From Candidatus Hadarchaeota archaeon (GTDB lineage Archaea > CAYQAE01 > CAYVLA01), in the NCBI GenBank assembly GCA_964621445.1, contig CAZUNO010000004.1:32001-96000 (forward strand): 64,000 bases of DNA, given 5' to 3'. The position numbers were made by a program, and so were the translations under genes. The notes below the pieces were generated by a model. It worked only from the letters and a program-made list of their open reading frames with translations, was not told where the DNA came from and ran no database searches. Positions 48,033 through 56,750 of this stretch are shown here, piece by piece. The stretch's first letter is position 1; the number at the start of each line of letters is the position of its first letter.

Positions 48033-48227
48033 GCTGACCTTTAGATACGCCCTACCGTTATTCCTTGTTGACCATGTTAGTTTACCTTTTAATCATTGCG
48101 TCTGGGTAACCTGGGTGCCCATATAGCGATATAGGTTCTCCCGTTCCCTATTCGATTGAGATGGCGGGTCAGTGCTAAGAGCGCAAGGTATTTTTGTAAT
48201 GAGTTTCAAGGTTTTTCAGCGTTCAAT

Positions 48228-50297
48228 ATGGAAAATCATCAGGACATCTCAGTGGAGAAAAGGGATGGCAGAATAGTTCCCTTCGATGAATCGAGGATAA
48301 TTATGGCCATTGGAAAGGCCCTCCGGGCATGTGAATCCGGGGACCCGGATCTGGCAGGGAAGCTGGGGAGGACGGTTTCAAGGAGAATTAGGGATAGATA
48401 TTCCGATTCCACCCCGTCAGTAGAGGATATTCAGGATGAGGTGGAACGGGTTCTGGTTGAGGAGGGTCTGTCCGAGGTTGCTAAAAAGTACATTCTCTAT
48501 AGGGAGCAACGCTCACAGGAACGTGAAGCCAAGAGCTTTATCGGGGTAAAGGACGATCTGAAGCTCACGGTCAACGCGGTTAATATCCTGCAGAAGAGAT
48601 ACCTAAGAAGGGATGACCAGGGAAAGGTTGCGGAAACTCCCGCCGAGATGTTTGATAGGGTAGCCAGGTCCATAGCAAAGGTGGACTCCCAATACGATTC
48701 CAACTCGGATATTGATCGAACCGAGGACAGGTTCAATGAGATTATGAGGGACCTCCTATTTCTGCCAAACTCGCCTACCTTAATGAACGCTGGAACCCGG
48801 ATAGGACAGCTCTCGGCATGCTTCGTGGTTCCCATAGAGGATTCAATGGAGAGCATATTCGAGGCTCTCAAGAACATGGCCCTAATTCACCAGTCGGGGG
48901 GCGGAACCGGCTTCTCATTCTCCAAATTAAGACCCTCCGGAGATATCGTGGCCTCCACCAAGGGGGTCGCATCGGGACCCGTGTCCTTCATAAGTATATT
49001 CGACACTGCAACCGAGGTGGTCAAGCAGGGGGGAAGAAGGAGAGGTGCAAACATGGGGGTGCTTTCCGTCCATCACCCCGATATAACCGATTTTATTAAT
49101 GCAAAAAGCGAGGAAGACGACCTAAGCAACTTCAATCTATCGGTCGCAGTGACCAATGAGTTCATGGAAGCAAAGGAGGAGAACCGGGAGTACGACCTGG
49201 TAAACCCCAGAACCGGTTCGGCGACCGAAAGCGTGAATGCCAGAGATATCTATGATATGATCGTTGCCTCGGCCTGGAAAACCGGAGAACCGGGGATGAT
49301 ATTCATCGACGAGATAAACCGGCAAAATCCAACACCGGATCTGGGGAGCATAGAATCCACCAATCCCTGTGGCGAGGCTCCACTTCTTCCATTCGAATCA
49401 TGTAACCTAGGGTCCATCAACCTGTCAAAGGTGGTTGATGATGGTGAGATCGACTGGGATTTGCTCGGGTCCCTGGTGGAAACCGGGGTACATTTCCTGG
49501 ATAATGTCATATCGGCCAACAGGTACCCCATATCACAGGCCACCGAGATGGCTAGGGGAAACAGGAAGATAGGGCTGGGGGTAATGGGACTTGCCGAGAT
49601 GCTGATCAAGCTGAGGATACCCTACGATACGCAGGAGGCCCTATCGGTTGGGGAGAAGGTAATGGAGTTCATAGCCCGTCGCTCAGAGGAAGCGAGCAGG
49701 GAACTGGCAGAGGCCAGGGGTTCCTTCCCGAATATAGAGAGCAGCATTTGGAGCGATGACCGCCCCATGAGGAATGCCACTAGAACGGCAATAGCGCCAA
49801 CCGGCACCATAAGCATGATCGCCGGTACGTCCAGTGGAATTGAACCGCTGTTTGCGGTTGCTTATGTGAGGAAGGCCATGGGAAGTAGGCTGGTGGAGGT
49901 CAACTCGGTATTTGAGGATTATGTCAGGGAGGAGGGTCTCTACAACAGGGATCTAATGAACGAAGTTGCCAGGAAGGGAAGCCTGTCGTCGATTTCCTCC
50001 CTGCCCCAGAGGGCAAGAAAGCTCTTCGTCACCTCCCTCGAGGTGGCCCCTGAATGGCACGTGAAAATGCAGGCTGCGTTCCAAAAGCATGTCGATAACG
50101 GAGTATCGAAGACGGTTAACCTTCCTCAAGATGCTGGTCTTAGTGATATAGCATCGGTCTTTGACCTGGCCTATAGGCTTGAGTGCAAGGGAGTGACCGT
50201 CTACAGGTACGGGAGTCGGTCCGACCAGGTGCTGTATGCCGGGGGGGAGGGTGAAGCAAACGCCGGTGCCTGTCCATCAAGTGATTGTTCCTACTGA
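48228..50297 (+). CDS. nrdJ: adenosylcobalamin-dependent (class II) ribonucleotide reductase with ATP cone
   Basis: VEKRDGR ATP cone, PNSPTLMNAG, LSACFV, TNPCGE, SCNLGS, IAPTGTIS, SKTVN, KGVTVYR; no intein seen. Confidence 0.94.
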   Translation: MENHQDISVEKRDGRIVPFDESRIIMAIGKALRACESGDPDLAGKLGRTVSRRIRDRYSDSTPSVEDIQDEVERVLVEEGLSEVAKKYILYREQRSQEREAKSFIGVKDDLKLTVNAVNILQKRYLRRDDQGKVAETPAEMFDRVARSIAKVDSQYDSNSDIDRTEDRFNEIMRDLLFLPNSPTLMNAGTRIGQLSACFVVPIEDSMESIFEALKNMALIHQSGGGTGFSFSKLRPSGDIVASTKGVASGPVSFISIFDTATEVVKQGGRRRGANMGVLSVHHPDITDFINAKSEEDDLSNFNLSVAVTNEFMEAKEENREYDLVNPRTGSATESVNARDIYDMIVASAWKTGEPGMIFIDEINRQNPTPDLGSIESTNPCGEAPLLPFESCNLGSINLSKVVDDGEIDWDLLGSLVETGVHFLDNVISANRYPISQATEMARGNRKIGLGVMGLAEMLIKLRIPYDTQEALSVGEKVMEFIARRSEEASRELAEARGSFPNIESSIWSDDRPMRNATRTAIAPTGTISMIAGTSSGIEPLFAVAYVRKAMGSRLVEVNSVFEDYVREEGLYNRDLMNEVARKGSLSSISSLPQRARKLFVTSLEVAPEWHVKMQAAFQKHVDNGVSKTVNLPQDAGLSDIASVFDLAYRLECKGVTVYRYGSRSDQVLYAGGEGEANAGACPSSDCSY

Positions 50298-50306
50298 GTT
50301 GATAGA

Positions 50307-50837
50307 TTGAAACAGGGAAATGGCCCGCGTCTCCATGTATATTATGGAGAGGGAGAGGGGAAAACCATGGCCGCCTTTGGTCTTGCTCTCCGTTCAATAG
50401 GGCACGGGAAGAAGGTGGTTATAATCCAGTTTATGAAAGGTAGAAAGGATATAGGGGAGTACAAGGCCGCGGAGCGCCTTGGTCCTGAATGTGAGATACG
50501 GCAGTTTGGCTCCCAGGAGTTCACGGATCTCAGAAACCCGAGCCGTGAGGATATCGATAGGGCTAGGAAGGGCTTGGAATACGCCTGGAAAGTACTGTCC
50601 GGGAATCCCGACCTGGTTATCCTCGATGAACTTGGTCTTGCGGCAAGCGTTGGCTTGATAAGACCTGATGGTGTGGAGAAGCTACTCCAACACGCTGATA
50701 GAGAGACTGTGATCGTCATAACTGGTAGAAAGGTTCCCCAGTCAATAATCGACAAAGCGGACCTGGTAACAGATATGAGGAATGTAAGGCATCCCAAGGA
50801 TTCCGGGGTTGATGCACGGAAGGGAGTGGAGTACTAG
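50307..50837 (+). CDS. cobO: cob(I)alamin adenosyltransferase (CobO/BtuR/CobA type)
   Basis: YYGEGEGKTMAAFG, QFMKG, ILDE, ITGR, ADLVT, HP...G..ARKGVEY. Confidence 0.88.
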   Translation: MKQGNGPRLHVYYGEGEGKTMAAFGLALRSIGHGKKVVIIQFMKGRKDIGEYKAAERLGPECEIRQFGSQEFTDLRNPSREDIDRARKGLEYAWKVLSGNPDLVILDELGLAASVGLIRPDGVEKLLQHADRETVIVITGRKVPQSIIDKADLVTDMRNVRHPKDSGVDARKGVEY

Positions 50838-51491
50838 TCGGAATACAGCTCTAGCGGTTCTATTTCAGAACCGGATCTAATCTCAAGCCCTATCCTCACC
50901 AAGGCAGCCTGCAGGTTTCTAAATGAATATCCCCAGAATGAGCTTTTCCTCCACAGTTCTTCCGTTTTTTCCTTTGCCTTTTCCTTTTTCGTTGTGATAC
51001 CTAACTCCATGGCGGCATTTTTTCTATATCGGTAAAATTAGGATCAGCATTTTTCTATATACCTCTCATCTCGCGCAGAAATATGTTGGCCGTAACGGCC
51101 CCACGCCCTTAAATTGAAGGATCCTCTCCCGTAGATCGGATGGACTTTGGCTCAGCTCATCCAGTTTTTCCAGCTTGCCATCGAGGTCCTTCATATAGGT
51201 GGCAGTGATACCGTCGTAGCGCACGTATCCACCCTCCCCGTGAACCTCGATCAATTTTCTCCGCGAGGCCTGATTTATGCTCTGGGGCGTGGTCAATCCG
51301 GCATCTCTGTAGGCGAGAAAGGTATTCTTTGCTATCTTGGTTGCTATCCTGTTACCGAAAAGAATGGAGGCGATCAACCACTGAAAAGGATTTGACCGGA
51401 GGTCGATTTCCAGTTCCTGTGAGTATAGCTTACCGTAATTATCAAGTACCTCTTCGAGTTTCATGTTTCCTAATGAGGGGATTTCCAACAT
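50834..51491 (-). pseudogene. HhH-GPD/endonuclease III-like protein pseudogene
   Basis: FQWLIASILFG, GGYVRYD, KGVGP; frameshift to VTANIFLREMRGI, then TAG at a probable Trp, then a second frameshift; tail NLQAALVRIG. Confidence 0.75.
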
Positions 51492-51553
51492 ATTCGTTTG
51501 GGATATCCATTCCTATTGTCATCCACCGCAATTCCGGGGCTGATACTGCTGAT

Positions 51554-53962
51554 TCAAGGACGTGTTGCAGATATTATCCTGCTCGCCAGCCCTCCCTTAC
51601 GGACCGGTTCACCGAAGTCAGCTCCCTTTATCGCAGCGGGCAGGGACCAAAGCATCATGTCCTGGTAGTAGTCATTCCCGAATTTCCTTTCCCCCGTATC
51701 CTCGTCCCCACGCATAATGTTTGGCATGTCCCAGGTGTAGCCATGTTTGCAAACTATGTTATGCCAGACCCCTCTTGCAAGCTCCATACCTACTTTTTCC
51801 TGACCGTGATAGATATAGGTCATCGCCAGCATCAATGCCTCAGGCGGGAAGTAGCTGTAGGTTCCGTATCCTCCCACATCAACTGGGTGCCCGGTATCCG
51901 AGGCATAGTTCACCGCCCCGTCCCTGGAAAGGGCCAGATTTGCCTCCCGGATCGTATCAAGGGTCTTTCTAATTCTCTTGACGGGAACGATATCTCCCAA
52001 ACCGTGGTGACGTATTATGCATTCTCCATCCAGCTGATAACCAAAGATGAGATCCGATTTCTCCCCGGTTTCAGGTTCCAGGTAATTCAGGTAATAGGAA
52101 CCGGTCCACAGCCTGTCCTCCATTGCCTCCGACGCCTCCTTAATCCATCGTCTACATCTTTTAGAAAAATCCCTGTCCCCGACCTCCAGGGCCATGCTCT
52201 CAACTATGGCCAATTCGGCCAGTCGCAGCATCGCCAGGTGGGCGGTCATTCCTCTCCACCCCGGTTTCGGCGCTTCGAACCATTCCGTGGGGGGAGTTTG
52301 GAGTTCTTCCGAATCGAGGTCCGGCATGGATATGGCCCTCTCGCCCATAGAATAGCTCTCCGCGGTCCTTAGATTCAAACTGTGTAGTAGACTGGCCTTG
52401 ATAGCCGGGTAGAATTCCCGGTTAAACTCGGGATCGTCGTGGCATAGACGATACCTGTCAATCATGGTGGCCAGAGATATGCCGTTGGTCGCGAACTGAT
52501 AGCCGCGCGATGGGTTTGCGAAATCGATCGGCGGTGTACCAGCGGTACAACCCCCAAATATCCAGGGAGGGGCTCCATCGGGGTACTGGTAGCCCCTGTA
52601 ACCCCTTAGGGTGGATAGGGCTAGACGGGGAAAGAAATAGACGATGGGCTGGTTTCCATAGAATGAGCAGGGTATGCACTCTATCTGGGGACACCCACGG
52701 GGGCATTCATTCATCCCGAAAAGGCCGTCCTCGCTCTTTACCCAATTCGGCAAGGGAGCAGCTGCTTGGGCCCACATTCCATCCTCGGTGATGAGGTGAA
52801 GTACGTTGATTAGCCCATCTCTGAGCCATGGAGGTAAATCACTCTCTGTGTATATCACCTTCTGCCAGGAGATTATTCTATTCAGCAATGAGGAATACGA
52901 TTCCTGTATTCGACGGGCAACTTCAGCCGAGCTGGAAGAGTATCGAGCATACATGTGTTTAAACTCGTGTCCAGCCCTGGCCCAGTTGTAGCCACCGGCG
53001 TTCCATTTTGGGGCGTACCAGGTGAGGATGAATTTGAGTATCTTCTCCTGCCCCGGTTTGATGAGGCAGTCTTGTACGATGGTAGAACCGGGATTTCCTG
53101 GCTTGGCGGTCGGCAATCTAGCGGGAAACCTGGACCATCTTTCGGGATCGCAACCAAGTTCAGCCCCGGTACGTGTGGATGCACCGGAGGCGGCGCGCAA
53201 GGTATATGATGCCAACTGGCCCTCGATATCAAGCCCCCGGCCGTCCTCGTGCTCCCTTCTGGATATATTCCCACCGGCCTCTTCCTCAGTAGGCCCGGGG
53301 AAGGACAGGGCCAGGGATGTTTGCTTCTCCGCCTCTGATTGGTTTTTGAGATGGAACTCGAAGGCTATTCCCGGTATGATGGAGTCCTGGAGGTGCCCAG
53401 GTAGGAATGGAGACCAGGCCCTCAAGCCTACGGAAAAAGGCGATTCGATTTCGAACTGGAGGTCGACTATGGGATAGTGTCCCCAGTAATGTATCTCATT
53501 TGGCGTTGAAAGGTCCTCCAGGTCCAGCTGCATGTTGATGGGGGTTATGGGCCGCGTTTCCTTACGAAGGGAGTCGCCTCTCCATAGGTTGTAAGGTCTC
53601 CCTGATACGGATTGCTGGGAACCTCCCTCCCCGTCCTTTGGTTCTGGATGGCAAAGGACATGAGGTGTGTGGTCCACGGATAGCCCGAAGAGAGGAAGAT
53701 TAATCGGGCCCCTGCGTGGAACATGGGTATTAAAGATAGTGCAGTATCCCAGGAGGCCGGTGTTCTCAAGATCAATGCACCCGGTGTCTATTCCTCCCAG
53801 GGGCATGCCATTGGTAAGCCTGGAATCCTTTCTGTATATGACTCCAAATACGGTACAATCGTATCCCAGAGCCTGGAACTCCTGCCAACTGTCGGAGGGG
53901 ATATCTAAGGGAAAAATCGATGCATTCATGAAATTACTCCCGAGACAGGTATCCCCACCCAT
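51554..53962 (-). CDS. GH116 (GBA2-like) beta-glucosidase/glucosylceramidase family protein
   Basis: GMPLGGIDTG, HYP, WSPFLPG, LPPWLRDGLIN, LWTGSYY, YQLDG, (alpha/alpha)6 C-terminal domain. Confidence 0.82.
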   Translation of the reverse strand: MGGDTCLGSNFMNASIFPLDIPSDSWQEFQALGYDCTVFGVIYRKDSRLTNGMPLGGIDTGCIDLENTGLLGYCTIFNTHVPRRGPINLPLFGLSVDHTPHVLCHPEPKDGEGGSQQSVSGRPYNLWRGDSLRKETRPITPINMQLDLEDLSTPNEIHYWGHYPIVDLQFEIESPFSVGLRAWSPFLPGHLQDSIIPGIAFEFHLKNQSEAEKQTSLALSFPGPTEEEAGGNISRREHEDGRGLDIEGQLASYTLRAASGASTRTGAELGCDPERWSRFPARLPTAKPGNPGSTIVQDCLIKPGQEKILKFILTWYAPKWNAGGYNWARAGHEFKHMYARYSSSSAEVARRIQESYSSLLNRIISWQKVIYTESDLPPWLRDGLINVLHLITEDGMWAQAAAPLPNWVKSEDGLFGMNECPRGCPQIECIPCSFYGNQPIVYFFPRLALSTLRGYRGYQYPDGAPPWIFGGCTAGTPPIDFANPSRGYQFATNGISLATMIDRYRLCHDDPEFNREFYPAIKASLLHSLNLRTAESYSMGERAISMPDLDSEELQTPPTEWFEAPKPGWRGMTAHLAMLRLAELAIVESMALEVGDRDFSKRCRRWIKEASEAMEDRLWTGSYYLNYLEPETGEKSDLIFGYQLDGECIIRHHGLGDIVPVKRIRKTLDTIREANLALSRDGAVNYASDTGHPVDVGGYGTYSYFPPEALMLAMTYIYHGQEKVGMELARGVWHNIVCKHGYTWDMPNIMRGDEDTGERKFGNDYYQDMMLWSLPAAIKGADFGEPVRKGGLASRIISATRP

Positions 53963-54014
53963 TTTGCTTAAGAATGCATGGGTCCATTTCAGATGGACCG
54001 GGCAATGTTCAGGC

Positions 54015-55292
54015 CTACAGAGATGATAATCGAGTTACCTCGGTCTCTTTATAGAGCCTCCGGCGAACCATCAGGGTCCAAATTACAAATCCAGCGATCA
54101 GAGAAGTGCCGCTTATGGATAGCCACTCAACCGTGTAGACCCATACCAGCGCACTGTCCTTTAGCTTCAGGGCCTCCTTTCGTAGAAGGTCCATTTCACT
54201 AAGCGCCTGTTCCATGGTGGTGGATGCCTGTGTGTATTCCTGAGAAAGATAGAGCTGCCTACCCTCATCCGCTTTTTCCTGTATCTCGGCCATCTCCTCA
54301 AGTACGCTCTCGGTATTTGCCCCGAACCTGTCCACGAAATCCAGTAGCGAGAATATGAAGCTTCTGGTGGAGCTAATGTCGGTGAACTTGGTCCTGAGAC
54401 GGTGGACCAAGCTGACGTCTGAGGGCAGATCCCGGCCGGTGCTGAATATTATCTCCGCCAGCAGCATGTCCGTCCCGTAGGGATTGTATCTGGTATTCCA
54501 GTACTGACCGATCATGTCCTGGTGGGTCCAGGTGGTTCCATTACCGTACCTCCAGAACATGGAGTGCGGGATCCACCCTGGACTCACGAAATTTGGGTCG
54601 GGATAGGTGCCCGGATAGCCATAAGGATAGGGACCCACCGAATAGGAGGTGACAACGGCCCCCTCCTTGGGTATGGCCAGATTAGTACCATACCTCTCAG
54701 AGAAGCGGTATTCAACCCCGGAAAGTCCTTTATACGGCTTAAGGACCGGTGGAACTTTCGGATGGGTGTTTATTACAACCTTCATGGGATCGTCATGTAG
54801 GGTATAGTCAAGGCTGACGACCTGGTCTGCATCATTGGGAAACGCATCCGATAGAATGGAGTCTGCCCACGGAATTCCGATATAATCATGCATGCTCATG
54901 ACGCTTCTGGTGTTAAGTCCACCCAGGCCGTGGTCCTTTATTGAGTCGTGCATCATGCGTTGCTGTTTGGGGCTGAAGACCCACACCTCTATGGTTAGCA
55001 GCATCATATAGTCGAAATCCAGAAGCGCTTCGTAGGTTCTGGGGAAGTATATCCTCACGAATCTCCTGACATCGGCCCCCGACCAGGAGCTATCCTGGGC
55101 GCGAGCAGGTATGGCATAGGGATCGGTGAGGGGATCAATCTCTAGAAACGCAGTTGCCCTGGATAGCTTTCCCTCCGTTCCCGCAACCAGCACCTTAATT
55201 GGCTCGGTGTCTGCGGAATGAACGGGAATTGAGGCAAGTAGAACCATGATCAGTGATGAGAGTAATAGGCGATTCACGGAGTTCAAAACCAT
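54015..55292 (-). CDS. membrane-anchored protein (paralogue 2 of 39518-40762)
   Basis: Signal peptide; RFVRIYFPRT, LVHRLR, FVDRFGAN, LKDSAL.W.Y.VEW, MVRRRLYKETEVTRL. Confidence 0.75.
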   Translation of the reverse strand: MVLNSVNRLLLSSLIMVLLASIPVHSADTEPIKVLVAGTEGKLSRATAFLEIDPLTDPYAIPARAQDSSWSGADVRRFVRIYFPRTYEALLDFDYMMLLTIEVWVFSPKQQRMMHDSIKDHGLGGLNTRSVMSMHDYIGIPWADSILSDAFPNDADQVVSLDYTLHDDPMKVVINTHPKVPPVLKPYKGLSGVEYRFSERYGTNLAIPKEGAVVTSYSVGPYPYGYPGTYPDPNFVSPGWIPHSMFWRYGNGTTWTHQDMIGQYWNTRYNPYGTDMLLAEIIFSTGRDLPSDVSLVHRLRTKFTDISSTRSFIFSLLDFVDRFGANTESVLEEMAEIQEKADEGRQLYLSQEYTQASTTMEQALSEMDLLRKEALKLKDSALVWVYTVEWLSISGTSLIAGFVIWTLMVRRRLYKETEVTRLSSL

Positions 55293-55339
55293 CTTTTCAA
55301 TTTATTCTATTAAATCTAGTTGGCCAGGCCATTGCCATT

Positions 55340-56185
55340 TCAACTTCTTCTTCCAATGGAGGATAGGACCCAGAGAACGATGACCGTTAGGATGAAGGGA
55401 CTAAAGCCGGCGATATTCCATCCTCCAGCATTTGGCATATCGGTTGGGTTCCCGGGGGGTTCATCCGGCAGATCCAGGTTTTGGTTGGGATTATCGACCA
55501 CCTCGTAAGCCATCAACTTTTCGGAAAGATACCGGTCCGGGGTCCACCCCAAGGGATTAGTGGATCCCGTTGCCTCGGCCCAAATCCATCCCTTTTCCCC
55601 GTCAAGCTCCCAGACCATGTTAGCAGAATGGTAATCCGGAAGGTAAACCATGGCGGCGGCGTGTTGTGGTGCCAGAACTATTGCCGATCGCAGTCCGGCT
55701 CCTTTCCACATAACCGCCAGAAGAATTGCATAATCCTCACAGTCTCCTCTTGCCTGTCTTCCTTGTTCGTAATTTCTTATCAACTCATCCGCATTCTGTG
55801 CGAAATCCCGGTAGCCAAACTGGTCCTGGTCAGCGGTGTATGTCATACCATTCCGGACGTACCTGAAGATGGCCTCTGCCAATTGGTTTTGGTTATCAAT
55901 ATTCTCCACAAACTGCGATCCAAGGCGGTAGGCCTCCTCCCTTTGTTGACCTAGGCTTTCATAAACTATGCCAGGCCAGAACCCTTCCTGAGCCGCCCGG
56001 AAAAATCCATCATCTCCGTAGGCCCTGGTCCTGCATATGGCCCACATGTCGAATATCTCCTCGCTTCTCGTATACAGCTCCTCCGAGGGAAGGCCAAAGG
56101 AAGGCTGTAAGAGAAGGAGAACAGTGCCTAGCAAAATAGCAAATATCCTAATGGTTGGATTACAGCGGGGTGGATAGAGCTGCAT
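55340..56185 (-). CDS. membrane-anchored transglutaminase-like protein
   Basis: Signal/TM; GDCEDYAIL (catalytic Cys), QHAA (His), WAEAT; Pro-rich linker and C-terminal TM. Confidence 0.82.
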   Translation of the reverse strand: MQLYPPRCNPTIRIFAILLGTVLLLLQPSFGLPSEELYTRSEEIFDMWAICRTRAYGDDGFFRAAQEGFWPGIVYESLGQQREEAYRLGSQFVENIDNQNQLAEAIFRYVRNGMTYTADQDQFGYRDFAQNADELIRNYEQGRQARGDCEDYAILLAVMWKGAGLRSAIVLAPQHAAAMVYLPDYHSANMVWELDGEKGWIWAEATGSTNPLGWTPDRYLSEKLMAYEVVDNPNQNLDLPDEPPGNPTDMPNAGGWNIAGFSPFILTVIVLWVLSSIGRRS

Positions 56186-56594
56186 TGATAATCAGCCCCA
56201 GGAATACTAGGTAGCCTGAAACGTAGGAACTTATGCCCTTGGGGCTATTCCGGATGTGAAAGAAGGGAATATTGGGGGTTAGCCAGTCCATCACCCTGAA
56301 AAAAACTGCGGAGAGTCCCACGCTAACCAGGAAACCAAGGGCGAGAAGGCTCAATCTATTTGGGTCCAGGACGTTGTCCAGTAGGGGATCCGATACCGCT
56401 AAGGGGGCGGTCAGTGCTCCGTGGAGAACCAACCCGAGGAAAACGAAGAAGCCCCCGATAAACATTCCAGAGGCATAGGGGTCCTCCCCGATCTTTTCCC
56501 TTTTGTGAACGGAGGGAGTGATGAAATCGAGTACCCTGATACCCAGCACCGCCAGGCCAGAACAAATGGATGAAAGCAGGATGGTTCTGCCCAC
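56160..56594 (-). CDS. DUF350 family membrane protein (two internal repeats)
   Basis: RVLDFITP..IGEDP.ASG and RVMDWLTP..IRNSP..S repeats; four TMs. Confidence 0.7.
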   Translation of the reverse strand: MGRTILLSSICSGLAVLGIRVLDFITPSVHKREKIGEDPYASGMFIGGFFVFLGLVLHGALTAPLAVSDPLLDNVLDPNRLSLLALGFLVSVGLSAVFFRVMDWLTPNIPFFHIRNSPKGISSYVSGYLVFLGLIINAALSTPL

Positions 56595-56750
56595 CCAGAG
56601 AATTACAACCGATGTAAATGACGCCGACGGACCTATTTGCGTTTAAACCAACTCCGGATTCCTTGAGTCTCCTCAGTGATTGTTTAATCTTCTGGTTTGG
56701 AGGGACAAATACTAATCAGTCCGCGAATTATACAGGCTTCAGGCGAGTCT

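Noticed and set aside
48033-48227. Cobalamin riboswitch upstream of nrdJ
   Set aside because: No B12-box or other conserved cobalamin-riboswitch elements visible
51050-51060. In-frame TAG as pyrrolysine readthrough
   Set aside because: Falls at a probable Trp codon in a gene with additional frameshifts; no pyl genes in the window
51329-52372. 347-aa plus-strand ORF
   Set aside because: Antisense shadow of the GH116 gene; no motifs
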